A stretch of 64,000 bases of DNA from Azolla caroliniana. Taxonomy: Eukaryota > Plantae > Polypodiophyta. Where the stretch lies: positions 22,692,001-22,756,000 of the forward strand of contig JBHGNT010000001.1 of NCBI GenBank assembly GCA_043228905.1. The letters are read 5' to 3'. Positions 39,119 to 52,807 of the stretch are shown here, in pieces. Position 1 is the stretch's first letter, and each line of letters opens with the position of its first letter. A program made the position numbers and the translations under genes. Under the pieces are notes generated by a model, which was not told the DNA's origin, ran no database searches, and saw nothing but the letters and a program-made list of their open reading frames with translations.

Positions 39119-41679
39119 CTTGAGCATGAACCTTAAGCGAGCACCCATGTATTCCAAGATGGTTGAGTATATGTTACAAATGACAAAGATACAACATGGT
39201 GCCACACTAGAATGCAAATGGGAAGCTTTCAAGAAAGTCATTCTCTCATGTACAAACAAATGTTTTTCGACCAACCGCACATCTTTAAAATGCACCAAGA
39301 AACATAGGAAACAATGGTTTGATAAAGAATGTCGTGAAGCTTGAAAAATGGTTTTGGATGTAGTTAAGGATAAAGAGAATTACCAAAAGCATTTTCATGA
39401 GTATAAAAGGCTTATTCAAAGAAAGAGAAGAATATGGGAAGTTACTCAACAATTTATCCAAACGCAAGAGAAAGCACATGCATGTGCTAAATTTTGGGGA
39501 AATCTAAAGGGGAAATGTGTTGAGACTTATGGTGACTTAACTCTTCATGACTTGTCTATGCATTGTAAGAATTTATATGAGTTATCTCTTGCCGGAAAGA
39601 TGATGTGTTATGGTTCTCTTTCACATATGCCTCCCTTCTTTACAATTGAAGATATATGCATAGGACTTAAGAAATTGGCCTCTCGAAAGGCAAGCGATCT
39701 TCAATGTATAAAGGCTGAAATGCTGAAATGGACGGGAAAGGAAGCACATATCTGGATAAGCGATATGTTTAATGATGCATTGCAACATGGTATGCGTACG
39801 ATTGGACTACAAATTAGAACAAACCTTTACATAAAGGTGGAGATATAAATAATGTAAACAACTATCGAACCATCATGGTTGGTTCATTAATGGCAAAACT
39901 ATTTGGATGTATAATGGAATCAAAGATAAGTGTATGGGCTGAAAAAAGTGGTAAGAGAGCTTATGGACAAGCTGGCTTTCGAAAACACCATAGCACCATT
40001 GATCACCTTACCAACCTTCGAGTATTAATGGAGGAAAGTCGCCTTAGAGGTAAAGGTTTATATTGTTGCTTTGTAGACTTTAAGAAAGCTTTTGATATGG
40101 TACCTCGTGAGCATCTTTGGAGGCGAATGGAAGAACTTCAGGTGCCAAGTGAATATATGCTTGCAATTTCCCGAATTTATGAGAAGGTTATATGTTGTGT
40201 GCGCATGAGAGATAAACTTTCAGATTTTTTCAAAAGCACTATTGGTGTTAAGCAAGGATGCCCAATCTCACCAACACTATTTGGTCTATGCATTAATGAA
40301 TTGGAAGAAATGGTTACCAAGTTTGCAAAGGAAGAATGTGTTGACGAAGTTGCCATTGGGAATGTTGTGATTATGCTTTTGCTATATGTAGATGACGTAA
40401 TGCTTTTTGCAAATACTTTAGGAGATGCACAAAAGCTTATGAAGGCATTGGAAAATTTTTGCATGCATACTAAATTAAGTGTCAATAGCACTAAAACAAA
40501 GATTATGCTTGTGAAGAGCCGAAAAAGAGATAAACCATGCATTATGTACAACAATGAGCCACTTGATTGTGTGGAAAGTTTCAAATATCTTCGCCTTGAA
40601 GTTCCTTCAAATCATAGATGGAATGAATGTGTTACATGTCGCTTAGAGGCGGGTAAGCGAGCATACTATGCATTTGAGAACACATGCAATCTTGGAGATA
40701 TTAAGTGTTGGGTCCTCAAGAAATATCTTTTCGACTCTTTGGTGACACTGGTTCTCCTCTATGGGGTGGAAGTATGGGGCGGTAGCATCCCGAAATCTAT
40801 GTGGAAAGAGTTTGAAAATGTCCAAAAGCATTTTCTTAGCAAGTTTCTACAAGTTCAGAAACAAACGCCCTACACCCTCCTCCTTGAGACGGGATCGCTT
40901 CCCATTGAGATCATGGTCATGGAAAGGGTTGTTGAATACATGCTTAAGGTGCAAAAAAGTCCCTCACATCGACTTCCTAGAATTGCGTGGGAAGCAAGCA
41001 AAAAGATCCAATACGCATAAAAACAAAATTTTGTGTTCCATTTGGATGCAAGATATAGAAAAATGGTTTGGTAGATGGGATGCGAGACACTTCCTTCATG
41101 ATGCATCATTAGATTCCTCTGTAAATGAGGCATTTTTGCAACGTCAATGTATCATGACATGGGACAAATGTGGAGGCTCGCGCTTCACACATTATGCTAC
41201 ACATATTGCACCTAACTACAAAACCATATTCTTTGCGGAACGAGGAAATCATACACATCCATACATGTTAGAGCCCATACTGTTATCTGCCATTGGAACC
41301 ATTGCTTCCATGCGACTTAGCTCACATGCATTGTGATGTGAAACAGGGAGTTGGGGCACAAGTGATGAGAGTGGTCGGCTATGCACAGTTTGCCCTAAAC
41401 AAGTTCGCGAGTCTGAGTATCACACTTTGATACAATGCTCTTCCTTTGATCATATTCGACCATGCTTTCCACATCTCTTCGATCAAGCCCAATCTTTGCA
41501 TGAATTCCTCACACAACCACAATGTGCACTCTCGATTGCAACATTCATTGGTAAAGTTCTTGAACATCGAGAGTCCCTACTCACTTTCACACGTATCACG
41601 TGAAATGTAATATTTTTGGTCTCATAGGTCATATTTGACCTCCGAAGACGATAATATAATCTATCTATCTATCTATCTC
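39117..41679 (+). mobile_element. 5'-truncated LINE (RTEX-like) with (ATCT)n tail
   Basis: QAGFR, FVDFKKAFD, GVKQGCPISP, YVDD, C-terminal LC..C..E.E.H..C; tail tctatctatctatct. Confidence 0.9.
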
Positions 41680-41765
41680 TCCATAGTTCCTACATTAACA
41701 TGTTTTGGAAACGATGAGATGGACGATACTTTTGGTAAGTGGAGAGTAGTAGTAGTAACATATCG

Positions 41766-41832
<67 letters not shown>

Positions 41833-42256
41833 CCTTACAGGAGTAGCGAGTTGTAGATGTTGTGCAAGATACATGAGTTATAGATGATAGGAGCAGTGAT
41901 TGTCTCTTCACCCACCTCACCCTTGTCTTCCTCTTCCTCTTCCTCCTCTTCCTCCACTTCATATTCCTCTTCCTCTGATTTGTACCCGCGTTAAGCTTCA
42001 TATTCTTCTTCATGTAGTGTCTGTTTACAGAGCTTCATAGTGCACACGCAAAGCGGGGGAAAGAGGGAAAAAAGAGGGGGAAACATTTTTTTTTAAACTT
42101 TTATTTATTTATTTTACAAAACTATATAACTAGCCGGTTCAAAAAATATAAACCGGCTAGATTCCGGTTGGTACAAAAAACTGACCGGAATCGATTCCGG
42201 TTGTCCCCAACCTAACCGAAACGTTAACATTGTTCCTAGGACTTTGCCCAACACTT

Positions 42257-42618
42257 CTCCAAACTTAAAAAGGCTTGCAATTCGTGTGCTTTCTCAAGGT
42301 TCATGTGCATCTTCTTGTGAAAGAAATTGGAGTACATTCTCATCGATACATACAAAAAAAAGAAATAGATTGACTCATGCTCATGTTGAGAAATTGGTTT
42401 ACATACATACAAATCATTGTCTCATTAGAAGAATAAGGGAAAGGGGATTATGCCTAATTGAAGCAACATTATATATGATCAACAAAGAAGAACATGATGA
42501 GAGACTTTTGAGAATGCAAAATCAAACTATGGATGAAAATGAAGCTCATAAGGACATTAGTGATGAGCTTGAAGATACAGATGATGAATGTGATAGTGCA
42601 TATACTCTTAAATTTTGA
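42257..42618 (+). pseudogene. hAT transposase piece 5 (dimerisation domain)
   Basis: PNLKRLAIRVLSQ..SSCERNWSTF..IHTKKRNRL..KLVYIHTN. Confidence 0.95.
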
Positions 42619-43177
42619 CGCATTACTTAGAAGTTAGAAGTTAGAAATTAGAATATAATGGTTCATAATCGCTTTAATTAAAACTTTATATTAGTGTGAT
42701 TTTGAAGACCTTCCATTTTTCTATTATTTGGTGATTTTTCCTTCTTTTTTTTAGTGAATTGAATAATTTTTATTATGTAAATTTCTTTTCCATAAACGAA
42801 TGGTTTTATAATATTCTTGGAGCCATTTTATATTCTCGAATACTACGAATATTGCGAATGTCGAATACCACACATATCACCCATGGGTTAATGTATGACT
42901 ACAACTATTTAGCTTAAAACTCTATTTTTATTTTTATTTTTTACTTTTGATCAATGGGTAAATATCCATTCTTTCTTTTTTTTAGTAAATATCCCATTTT
43001 TTGTTGTAAACCATTTGTCTCATGAGTCAATTTTGGCCTTAGAAGAATTTAATATATCTTTCTTTCTTTCTCTTTTCTGGTTTATAATCTTAATTACCCA
43101 CCATAGACGACATGAATACATTGGAACCTCTCCCTCTCAATAATTCTCTCTCTCTCTCTCTTTGTTTATTATCATAA

Positions 43178-43304
43178 TTAGCTTACTCTAGTGGTAAATT
43201 GTTAACACCACAAGCAGTGTATCTTGGGTTTGATACCCAATGTTTTCACCGCTCTCTTATATATGAAGAACCCAATGTTTTCACCTCTCTCTTATATACT
43301 TCAT

Positions 43305-43345
<41 letters not shown>
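43178..43345 (+). mobile_element. Candidate tRNA-derived SINE remnant
   Basis: A-like TACTCTAGTGG 43184, B-like GGTTTGATACC 43227, short internal duplication, (CT)n on both sides. Confidence 0.4.
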
Positions 43346-44311
43346 TCACACGCTCAACCCCTTTGGGAGGGGGGTGGAGCCACCCATCAACACTTGGCAC
43401 GCCCTACAGTCGACCCCCCCTTGAAGAAGAAGTAGATGAATCATAGTGGTGGATGTATGTGAGAGAGCAATGGCTATGGTGATGGAGCAAGAAGAAGTCG
43501 AGGAACTACACGTGGCGGTAGTATGCGAGAAAGTGAGAAATGGTGATGACGTGTGGAAAAAGAAGAAGATCGCATTAATTCGCCGACAAAATCGACAAGA
43601 AAGCTTTCTATTGAAGAAAATGCACGAAGAAGAAGATCCATCATGAAGCTCATTTGCATAGCATTCTTGTGGTGTTGAGATCCTTAAGCAACAAAGTAAG
43701 ATTTGTGAAAAATTAGCTATCCCATATTGATGGTGATGGTGATGATGATTCATGGAAGTGATTGTTATGAATCACTATGAAGATGATGATTTTTTTTCAA
43801 AGATGATGCTTCCCATGTTTAGCCCGGGATTTCCTCGGCTATGATGATTAAAACTAAATTCATAAACATACTCAACCAAGCTTGTGAATATTTTTACTTT
43901 TTCTTGTCCACCATAGATTTGTTGTTGTCTATGAGTATGGCAAGTAGTACTAACAAAACTTCTTCTTCTTCCTCTGTAAACCGTAATATTTCAAGCTCCA
44001 ATTGAACTCCAAAAAAAAAACCCCAATTCAATCTCTAATCAAAAGCCCCAGAACCCTCATCACATCCCTCCACGTCCTAAATCTATCACTGGAAACAATA
44101 ATCCCAATCCTAAGCTTCCTATCCACGTAAATTCCAACTATTCCATTCACCCCCAACAAACTCCTCCTTAATCCTCATAATTACTAGGACTAGCAATTCT
44201 ATGAGGATGCTTCTGACATGTTTGATCTCTATCTACACTTCTATCACGAGAAACCATGGTTTCTTCCAAATTCCTCTCTAGTTCTTCTTCTTCTTCTATT
44301 ACTATACAATT

Positions 44312-47300
44312 TGATAGTAAGAAAAGGTCAAATCTGTAATTTCTTACTATTTACGCATAGGTATATAAACTAATAGAAATGAGGGTTTCGTGTGCCCCCA
44401 AAAAGTTGTTGTGTTTTTCCTCTGTCTGTGTGCTGTTTTTTTCTCTGTGTGTGTGTGTTCGACATTTTCTGTGCAGGCCAGAAAACAGCAGCTCGTCCGC
44501 CTCCATTACTCCAGATCCAACAGTGGTATCAGAGCGTGGACTTTGTGAGACTGTGTGTAGCAACAAGCATCTACATTTCTGCGTTTTCCCCCTCTGCGCA
44601 TGCTATTTTTCAGGACCTCGACAGAGGTAATATCTACTACACGTTTCCGTCTTGAACAGTTTTTTTTTTTGTGTGCCTATTTTTTGGGGAAAAATAGACC
44701 TTGGTGGAAGGTAGAAACAGAGAAGACTTGTTGTTTCAGAAGTGAGGATTTACACGCAAAAGAACCTGTGTTTGGTTTCTTTTTTTTTTCCTTTCGATGC
44801 TTGCTCACTTGATGTGAGTTTGTGACGTTGAAGTTACGTCTTGGTTACAGACATTTTACCTTGGCTGATATAAGAAAGAGGTGTTGTCCTCAATCGAACA
44901 CATATACCTACCCTAGAACACGGCTTGAGACTAGGTAGGGAGTAGTGTCTCAACTATTGTTAGTTGTTTATATTTGGGATTGACCAAGTTTACCTAGCTT
45001 CCGAATGGCTGCCTCTGAAATGTCCGAGGTTTCAAGTACCTCACGCGGTGGTTCGTTCAATTCCCATAGAAATCACTCTATGGGTGGAAAAGACCACCTT
45101 GAGATCCGTAAATTTGACGGATCCAACTTTGCCCTGTGGAAGAATCAGATGAGAGATGTCCTGATTCAAAGAAGGCAATTAAGAGCTATAAGTGGTGAAG
45201 CCAAGAGACCCGAGGGCATGACCAAGGACGATTGGGAAGAGCTCGATCTCCTGGCAATGTCTACCATAAGACTGCACCTGGCTGACAACGTGTATTTCAC
45301 GGTCTTGGACTGTGACTCAGCTGAAAAGCTATGGACTAAACTATCCAGTACATACGAAAAAGAGACCGCATCAAACAAAGTTTATCTAATGAGAAAACTT
45401 TATGATCTTCGAATGAAGGACAATGACAGTGTTCCTTCTCATTTGAATGATTTTGATGCATTATGGTCACAATTACTGGCTCAGAAAATGATTTTTGATG
45501 ATGAGTTGAAATGTGTATTTTTGTTATGCACTTTGCCTAGCTCATGGAACACTTTTTGCACCGCTATTAGTGCAAGTGCACCAAATGGGAAATTAGTCTA
45601 TAATGACATATGTGGAGCTCTTTTGGGTGAAGAAATTCGTAGAAAATCTGTGATTGCATCACACAATGGAGATGCATATAATGTTTCTGATGTTGGTCCT
45701 CGTAAGAACCAACAACGTGGTAGGAGCCAAACAAGAAATAGTGGTGGAAATGATAGAGGTAGAAGCAAATCTAGGAAGAAAAATATGGAGTGCCATTACT
45801 GTCATAAAAAGGGTCACCTTAAGAAAGATTGTTATGCCCTTAAAAATAAGGAGAAAGATAATGCTAGAGGGCATGGTAGACAATCTAGTGGTCCCTCTTC
45901 CTCGTTGGAAACGGAGGAAGTAAATGCAACATGTGGTGAGACGGACATCTTGGTCCTAGATGATGTTAGCACACATGCTGGGGTGAACACGGTCTTTTCT
46001 CCATCATATACGTGGTTGTTGGACTCCGGTGCATCGTTTCATGTGACTCCACATAGAGAGTGGTTCACATGTTATGAAGCCAAGTCGCTTGGGAAAGTTC
46101 GACTTGGAGACTCACATCAATGCGATGTGATTGGCATTGGAGATATCTCAATGCATTTTAGTGATTGTGCTCATTTGACCATTAAAGATGTACGCCATGT
46201 TCCCCAATTAACTCGTAGTTTGATCTCCGTTGGTCAGCTTGATGACAATGGATATAAGGTGATGTTTGCTTCTCAATCCTTTCGTATAACGAAAGGAAAT
46301 ATGATTGTTGCAAAAGGGAACAAAGTTGGTTCCCTCTACCCTCTATTTGTTCATCAAAAGGAACACTTGTTGGCTGTCACAGACCAGCCAATGACGAGCA
46401 TTTGGCATGGTCGTTTGGGCCACATGTCAAGAAATGGCATGGAAATCCTATCTCGTTATGGCCACTTACCTAAGTTGTCATTCTCTGATTTTGCCTTATG
46501 TGAGCATTGTCAACATGGTAAGCAAACTAGAAGTGCACATAAGACTAGTGTAAACTCATCCACTAAACCATTGGATCTTGTCCACACGGATGTTTGTGGA
46601 CCTATGCCCACAAGATCTTTGGGTGGTGCCCTATATTTTGTTACTTTCATTGATGATGCCACTAGGAAAGTTTGGGCTTATCCAATTAAGGGAAAGGATG
46701 ATGTATACCCCACTTTCAGAAAATGGCTTAGTTCGGTTGAGCTAGAAAAGGACATAAAGCTTAAGGCTTTACGTTCGGACAATGGAGGTGAGTATACCTC
46801 TCACGAATTTGTTGACTTTTGTAAGTCTAGAGGCATTCGGAGAGAGTTTACAACTCCCTACACCCCTTTCCAAAATGGTGTGGCTGAGAGGATGAACAGA
46901 ACCATCCAGGACAGAGTTGTCTCTATGCTACACCATGCAAACCTCTCGCAAGGTTTTTGGGCAGAAGCTGTTTTAACAGCAGTCCATGTGATTAACCTAT
47001 CACCGAACACAACCATAGGCCTAAAAGTGGCACAAGAGTTGTGGACAGGCAAGACACCTCATTATGCTCATCTTAGAGTTTTTGGATGCGAAGCATATGT
47101 ACACATTCCAAAAACCTTAAGAAAGAAATTAGACTATAAATGCAGAAAATGTATATTTCTTGGTTACGGAATTGACGGGCAGTTTGGATATCGCTTATGG
47201 GATCCTAACACACGTACTGTGGTCAGAAGTAGTGATGTTGTTTTTTATGAGAACAAAATGCATAAATAGACCGTGAAGGAGGTAGAAGTGAGGAAGGTTG

Positions 47301-49501
47301 CATTTAAAGATAGTACGCCTTTTGTTGATGTAAAACAGAAAAATCTCACTGATGTAGATGCTTCTACATGTGGGCAGTCACAAAAAACTGTTATTGACCA
47401 GGATGAAGATGCCCAAAATGATAATGCTTAGCACAATGATGTGCAAAATGATGCTTTTCAGCAAGAATATGCTCATAATGATGATGCTCAGAATGAGGTT
47501 TCTCATGCACAACCTGATGGCACTCAGGTTCAGGATTCATTGAGGAGATCTATGCGTGTGCCCAAGGCACCTAGTAAGTTTGCTGATTATGTAATGCTAA
47601 CAGATGTCGGTGAGCCTTCATGTTACAATGAAGCCATATCTGTAAATGACCATGTGAAATGGAAACAGGCCATGCAAAGTGAATTGGACAGCATTTATAA
47701 AAATGGTACTTGGGATTTAGTACCTTTGCCAAAGGACAGGAAAGCATTGCCATGCAAATGGGTATACAAGTATAAGTATATATCTGATAGTGCTTCTCCA
47801 AAGTATAAAGCACGCTTGGTTGCAAAAGGTTTCAAGCAAGAATATGGAATTGACTTTGATGAAACCTTTTCTCCTGTAGTTAAGATGACTACATTACGTA
47901 TGTTGCTTTCATTGGCTGCAAATCAGAATTTGGAACTTGTCCAAATGGATGTGAAGACTGCTTTCTTGCATGGGGACCTTGATGAGGACATTTATATGGA
48001 ACAACCAGAAGGTTATGAAGTATTGGGAAAAGAACATTTGGTATGTAAACTCAAGAAGAGTTTGTATGGGCTTAAGCAGTCCCCGAGGTTATGGTATCAG
48101 AAATTTGATGCCTTTATGAAGACTCAAGGATGTACTAGAAGCAATGAAGATGCATGTCTTTATACGAAAAACTGTTCAGATGGGAGTTTTATCACATTGA
48201 TATTATATGTTGATGACATGCTTATTGCTGGTAAAAACAAGGATGAGTTATCCTCGTTAAAGAAAAACTTGAGCCAGAATTTTGACATGAAGGATTTGGG
48301 AGATGCAAAACATATTCTTGGTATGCGTATCACTCGTGATAGGAGTAAGCAATGCATTTACTTGTCTCAAGCTGAGTACATATCGAAAATGCTAAAGAGG
48401 TTTAATATGGAGAATGCAAAGTCGTTGAGCACCCCTTTGCCTTCATATGTAAATCTGAGCACACGTGATTGCCCCACATCCGATGAGGACAAGAAATTCA
48501 TGTCCAAGGTTCCTTATCAATCCGCTGTTGGGAGTCTTATGTACGCTATGATAGCGACCAGACCAGACATTGCTTTCGCAGTGGGAGCTGTGAGCAGATT
48601 TATGTCCAATCCTGGTAATAAACATTGGGAGGCAGTTAAACTGATTTTAAGATATCTGTGTGGCACTAAGAATAGGTGTCTATGTTTAGGTGGTGGAACT
48701 GTATCCATCATCGGATACACAGATTCTGATTATGCTGGCTGCTCTGACAGCAGAAAATCCACTTCAGGATATATTTTTCAGTTTATGGGAGGTGCGATAT
48801 CTTGGAGATCTCGTCTCCAAAAATGTACTGCTCTGTCCACTACAGAAGCAGAGTATGTCGCAGCTAGCGAAGCTTGTAAGGAAGCCGTATGGCTGTCCAG
48901 ATTAGCTTGTGACATGGGCATATCTAAGCTTGTACCCATATTGTTTTGTGATAGTCAGAGTGCCATTGCATTGGCTAAAAACCCAGTATACCATGCGAAG
49001 ACCAAGCACATTGGAGTGAGATATCACTTCATTCGAGAATGCATAGCTGCTGGCTATATTAGTCTTGAGAAAGTTGTCTCTCAAGACAATGCCGCAGATG
49101 CGTTGACCAAGGCTCTATCGCACGAAGCACTAGAGCATTGCTGCCACTTGATGGGGATAACTTAGGTCATGAGGTTACACATTGTTTCTTCTACATTGTG
49201 TAACATACTCATCAAGTAGGATGTGTAGGTCTTGTTCAATCTCCCCATCAGCTTTGTTGATCCCTAGTTTGGCCTTTTAGTGGGAGATTGATAGTAAGAA
49301 AAGGCCAAATCTGTAATTTCTTACTATTTACACATAGGTATATAAACTAATAGAAATGAGGGTTTCGTGTGCCCCCAAAAAGTTGTTGTGTTTTTCCTCT
49401 GTCTGTGTGCTGTTTTTTTCTCTATGTGTGTGTGTGTTCGACATTTTCTGTGCAGGCCAGAAAACAGCAGCTCGTCCGCCTCCATTACTCCAGATCCAAC
49501 A
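44312..49501 (+). mobile_element. Ty1/copia LTR retrotransposon (Tnt1/Tork-like), full length
   Basis: ~212-bp LTRs 44312-44522 and 49289-49501; TSD CAATT; iMet PBS 44524-44535. Confidence 0.97.
45005..49165 (+). pseudogene. copia gag-pol in a single frame with two TAG stops
   Basis: ORFs 45005-47269 and 47441-49165 are in frame; all domains present. Confidence 0.95.
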
Positions 49502-50682
49502 CAATTGTTGCTACTACTACCTTTAGCCGACATCTCTCCTTCGAGAGCCTTTGCCAACAGATAGTAACAAAGCAACAATTGGGGACAATCAAAGACAGAC
49601 AGACAGAGAGTCCCCCGTTGAAGGAATCTTGTGAAGCCATGGAGAAATCAAGAAAGGAAGAAAAAGGAAAACAACAGAAAGCAGCAGGAAAAAGAGACTG
49701 TAGAGAAAACGACTTTGAGCAGAGAAGGAAAAGAAAGACAAGATAGTAGAGAGCAAGAGAAAAGAGAGTGAAAAACGGGATGGAAACAAGAAAAGAGAGG
49801 TGGAGGAGGAAGGGACAGAGATAGCGACCATTATCGAAAGCGAAGAGAACGAGATAGAGATAGAGAATAGCTATGAAGTTCGAAGTCGAGATCATCACAA
49901 GAGGAAGAAGATCAGAAACAGAAGAAAGAAATAAGAAAGAGAAGAGCGGCAGAAAGGAAAATTTCAAAGAAAGAAAATTGAAGGGCAACCACCAAAATTT
50001 CAAAAATCGGAAAGGCATTACCAACAATTTAAAAAACATGAGGGTAGATCCTAAAATTTTGTAAACTCAAGATAACTCACATAAAATAAAATAAAAAGAC
50101 ACACACATACACACAACATTATTTGAAGACCTAAAAGAGAGTACCGAAGTTTCTATTTTAGCAGATGTGCCAACAAAACGAGAGGTTCGTGTCAATGGAG
50201 TTCCGATTGACGCGGTAGGAGCAGACTGAGGGAGTTCCGGTCGTAAGTTCTAGTCTAAGGACCGATGTTCTTGTTTATTGAAGGCATGTGGGTTCACCCG
50301 TGCAAGGTATTGTCCCACAAGTGTGCCATGTGTGTCATCCATGGGATTCTAAGTGTATGAGTGAGTGTATAAGTATATTGGCACGTGGATAGATAAGTGT
50401 AAAGTCTTCTGGTAAAAGTAATGTTGTAAGTGTGTGCAACTGTGCACAAGAGTATGTGTGAGTATATTATATGTATAAACACATGCACATATGTGTGCAT
50501 GTGTGCAAATATGGTAAAGTGGGTGTAGGTTGTTAGAAGGTTATGTAACTAACCTACAAGCCTTATTAGATGTTCTTGGATTGTGATCTTCATGTAATGT
50601 ACCTATATAACCCCACCATAGAGGACATGAATATGGTAGAAGTTTTGCCTCTCCATAATTCTCTCTCTCTCTCTCAAGAAAG

Positions 50683-52772
50683 TTTTGTTGCCTTGCTTTG
50701 TAGACTTCAAGAAAGCTTTTGATATGGTACCTCGTGAGCATCTTTGGAGGCGAATGGAAGACCTTGAGGTACCAAGTGAATATATCCTTGCAATTTCCTG
50801 AATATATGAGAAGGTTATATGTTGTGTGCGTATGAGAGATAGACTTTCAGATTTTTTCAAAAGCACTATTGCTCTTAAGCAAGGATGCCCACTCTCACCA
50901 ACACTATTTGGTCTATGCATTAATGAATTGGAAGAAATGGTTATTAAGTTTGCAAAGGAAGAATGTGTTGATGAAGTTGCCATTGGGATTGTTGTGATTA
51001 ATGGAATCAAAGATAAGTGTATGGGCTGAAAAAAGTGGTAAGAGAGCTTATGGACAAGCTGGCTTTCGAAAACACCATAGCACCATTGATCACCTTACCA
51101 ACCTTCGAGTATTAATGGAGGAAAGTCGCCTTAGAGGTAAAGGTTTATATTGTTGCTTTGTAGACTTTAAGAAAGCTTTTGATATGGTACCTCGTGAGCA
51201 TCTTTGGAGGCGAATGGAAGAACTTCAGGTGCCAAGTGAATATATGCTTGCAATTTCCCGAATTTATGAGAAGGTTATATGTTGTGTGCGCATGAGAGAT
51301 AAACTTTCAGATTTTTTCAAAAGCACTATTGGTGTTAAGCAAGGATGCCCAATCTCACCAACACTATTTGGTCTATGCATTAATGAATTGGAAGAAATGG
51401 TTACCAAGTTTGCAAAGGAAGAATGTGTTGACGAAGTTGCCATTGGGAATGTTGTGATTATGCTTTTGCTATATGTAGATGATGTAGTGCTTTTTGCAAA
51501 TACTTTAGGAGATGCACAAAAGCTTATGAAGGCATTGGAAAAATTTTGCATGCATACTAAATTAAGTGTCAATAGCACTAAAACAAAGATTATGCTTGTG
51601 AAGAGCCAAAAAAGAGATAAACCATGCATTATGTACAACAATGAGCCACTTGATTGTGTGGAAAGTTTCAAATATCTTCGCCTTGAAGTTCCTTCAAATC
51701 ATAGATGGAATGAATGTGTTACACGCTGCTTAGAGGTGGGTAAGCGAGCATACTATGCATTTGAGAACACATGCAATCTTGGATATAATAAGTGTTGGGT
51801 CCTCAAGAAATAACTTTTCAACACTTTGGTGACACCGGTTCTTCTCTATGGTGTGGAAGTATGGGGCGGTAACATCCCGAAATCTATGTTGAAAGAGTTT
51901 GAAAATGTCCAAAAACATTTGCTTACAAAGTTTCTACAAGTTCAAAAACAAACGCCTTACACCCTCCTCCTCCTTGAGACAGGATTGCTTCCCACTGAGA
52001 TAATGGCCATGGAAAGGGTTGTTGAATACATGCTCAAGGTTCAAAAAAGTCCCTCACATCGACTTCCTAGAATTGTATGGGAAGCAAGCAAAAAGATCCA
52101 AAAGACGCATAAAAACAAAATTTTGTGTTCAGGTTGGATGCAAGATATAGAAAAAGGGTTTGGTAGATGGGATGCGAGACACTTCGTTCATGATGCATCA
52201 CTAGATTCCTTTGTAAATGAGGCCTTTTTGCAACGTCAATGTATCATGAGATGGGACAAATGTGGAGGTTCAAACATTACACATTATACTACACATGTTG
52301 CACCTAACTACAAAACCATATTCTTTGAGGAACGGGGAAACCATACACATCGATACATGTTAGAGCCCATACCATTATCTGCCATTGGAACCATTTCTTC
52401 CATGCGACTTACCTCACATGCATTGCAATGTGAGACATGGCGTTTGGGCACAAGTGATGAGAGTGGTCGGCTATGCACACTTTGCCCTAAACAAGTTCGC
52501 GAGTCTGAGTATGACACTTTGATACAATGCTCTTCCTTTGATCATATTCAACCATGCTTTCCACATCTCTTCGACCAAGCCCAATCCTTGCATGAATTTC
52601 TCTCACAACCACAATGTGCACTCTCGATTGCAACATTCATTGGTAAAGTTCTTGAACATCGAGAGTCACTATTGACTTTCACACGTATCACGTGAAATGT
52701 AATATTTTTGGTCTCATAGGTCATATCTGACCTCTGAAGACGATAATATAATCTATCTATCGATCTATATCT
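50683..52772 (+). mobile_element. 5'-truncated LINE, same family as 39117, with a 460-bp internal insertion
   Basis: Same RT, C-terminus, 3' UTR and ATCT tail. Confidence 0.92.
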
Positions 52773-52807
52773 CATGGGCCAATTTTTTTCTTAGAAGACG
52801 TTAATAT

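Larger units (their letters stand above)
31159..42256. mobile_element. Non-autonomous hAT element with captured gene fragments and nested insertions
   Basis: TIR cagtgttgggcaaagt / actttgcccaacactt; perfect 8-bp TSD CTCCAAAC (31151-31158, 42257-42264). Confidence 0.92.

Noticed and set aside
41635-43760. ORFs with RERERE, SLSLSL or poly-His runs
   Set aside because: Translations of (GA)n, (CT)n and (GAT)n microsatellites
49485-50064. Hydrophobic or basic ORFs as membrane or env proteins
   Set aside because: Purine-rich low-complexity tract with no recognisable motif
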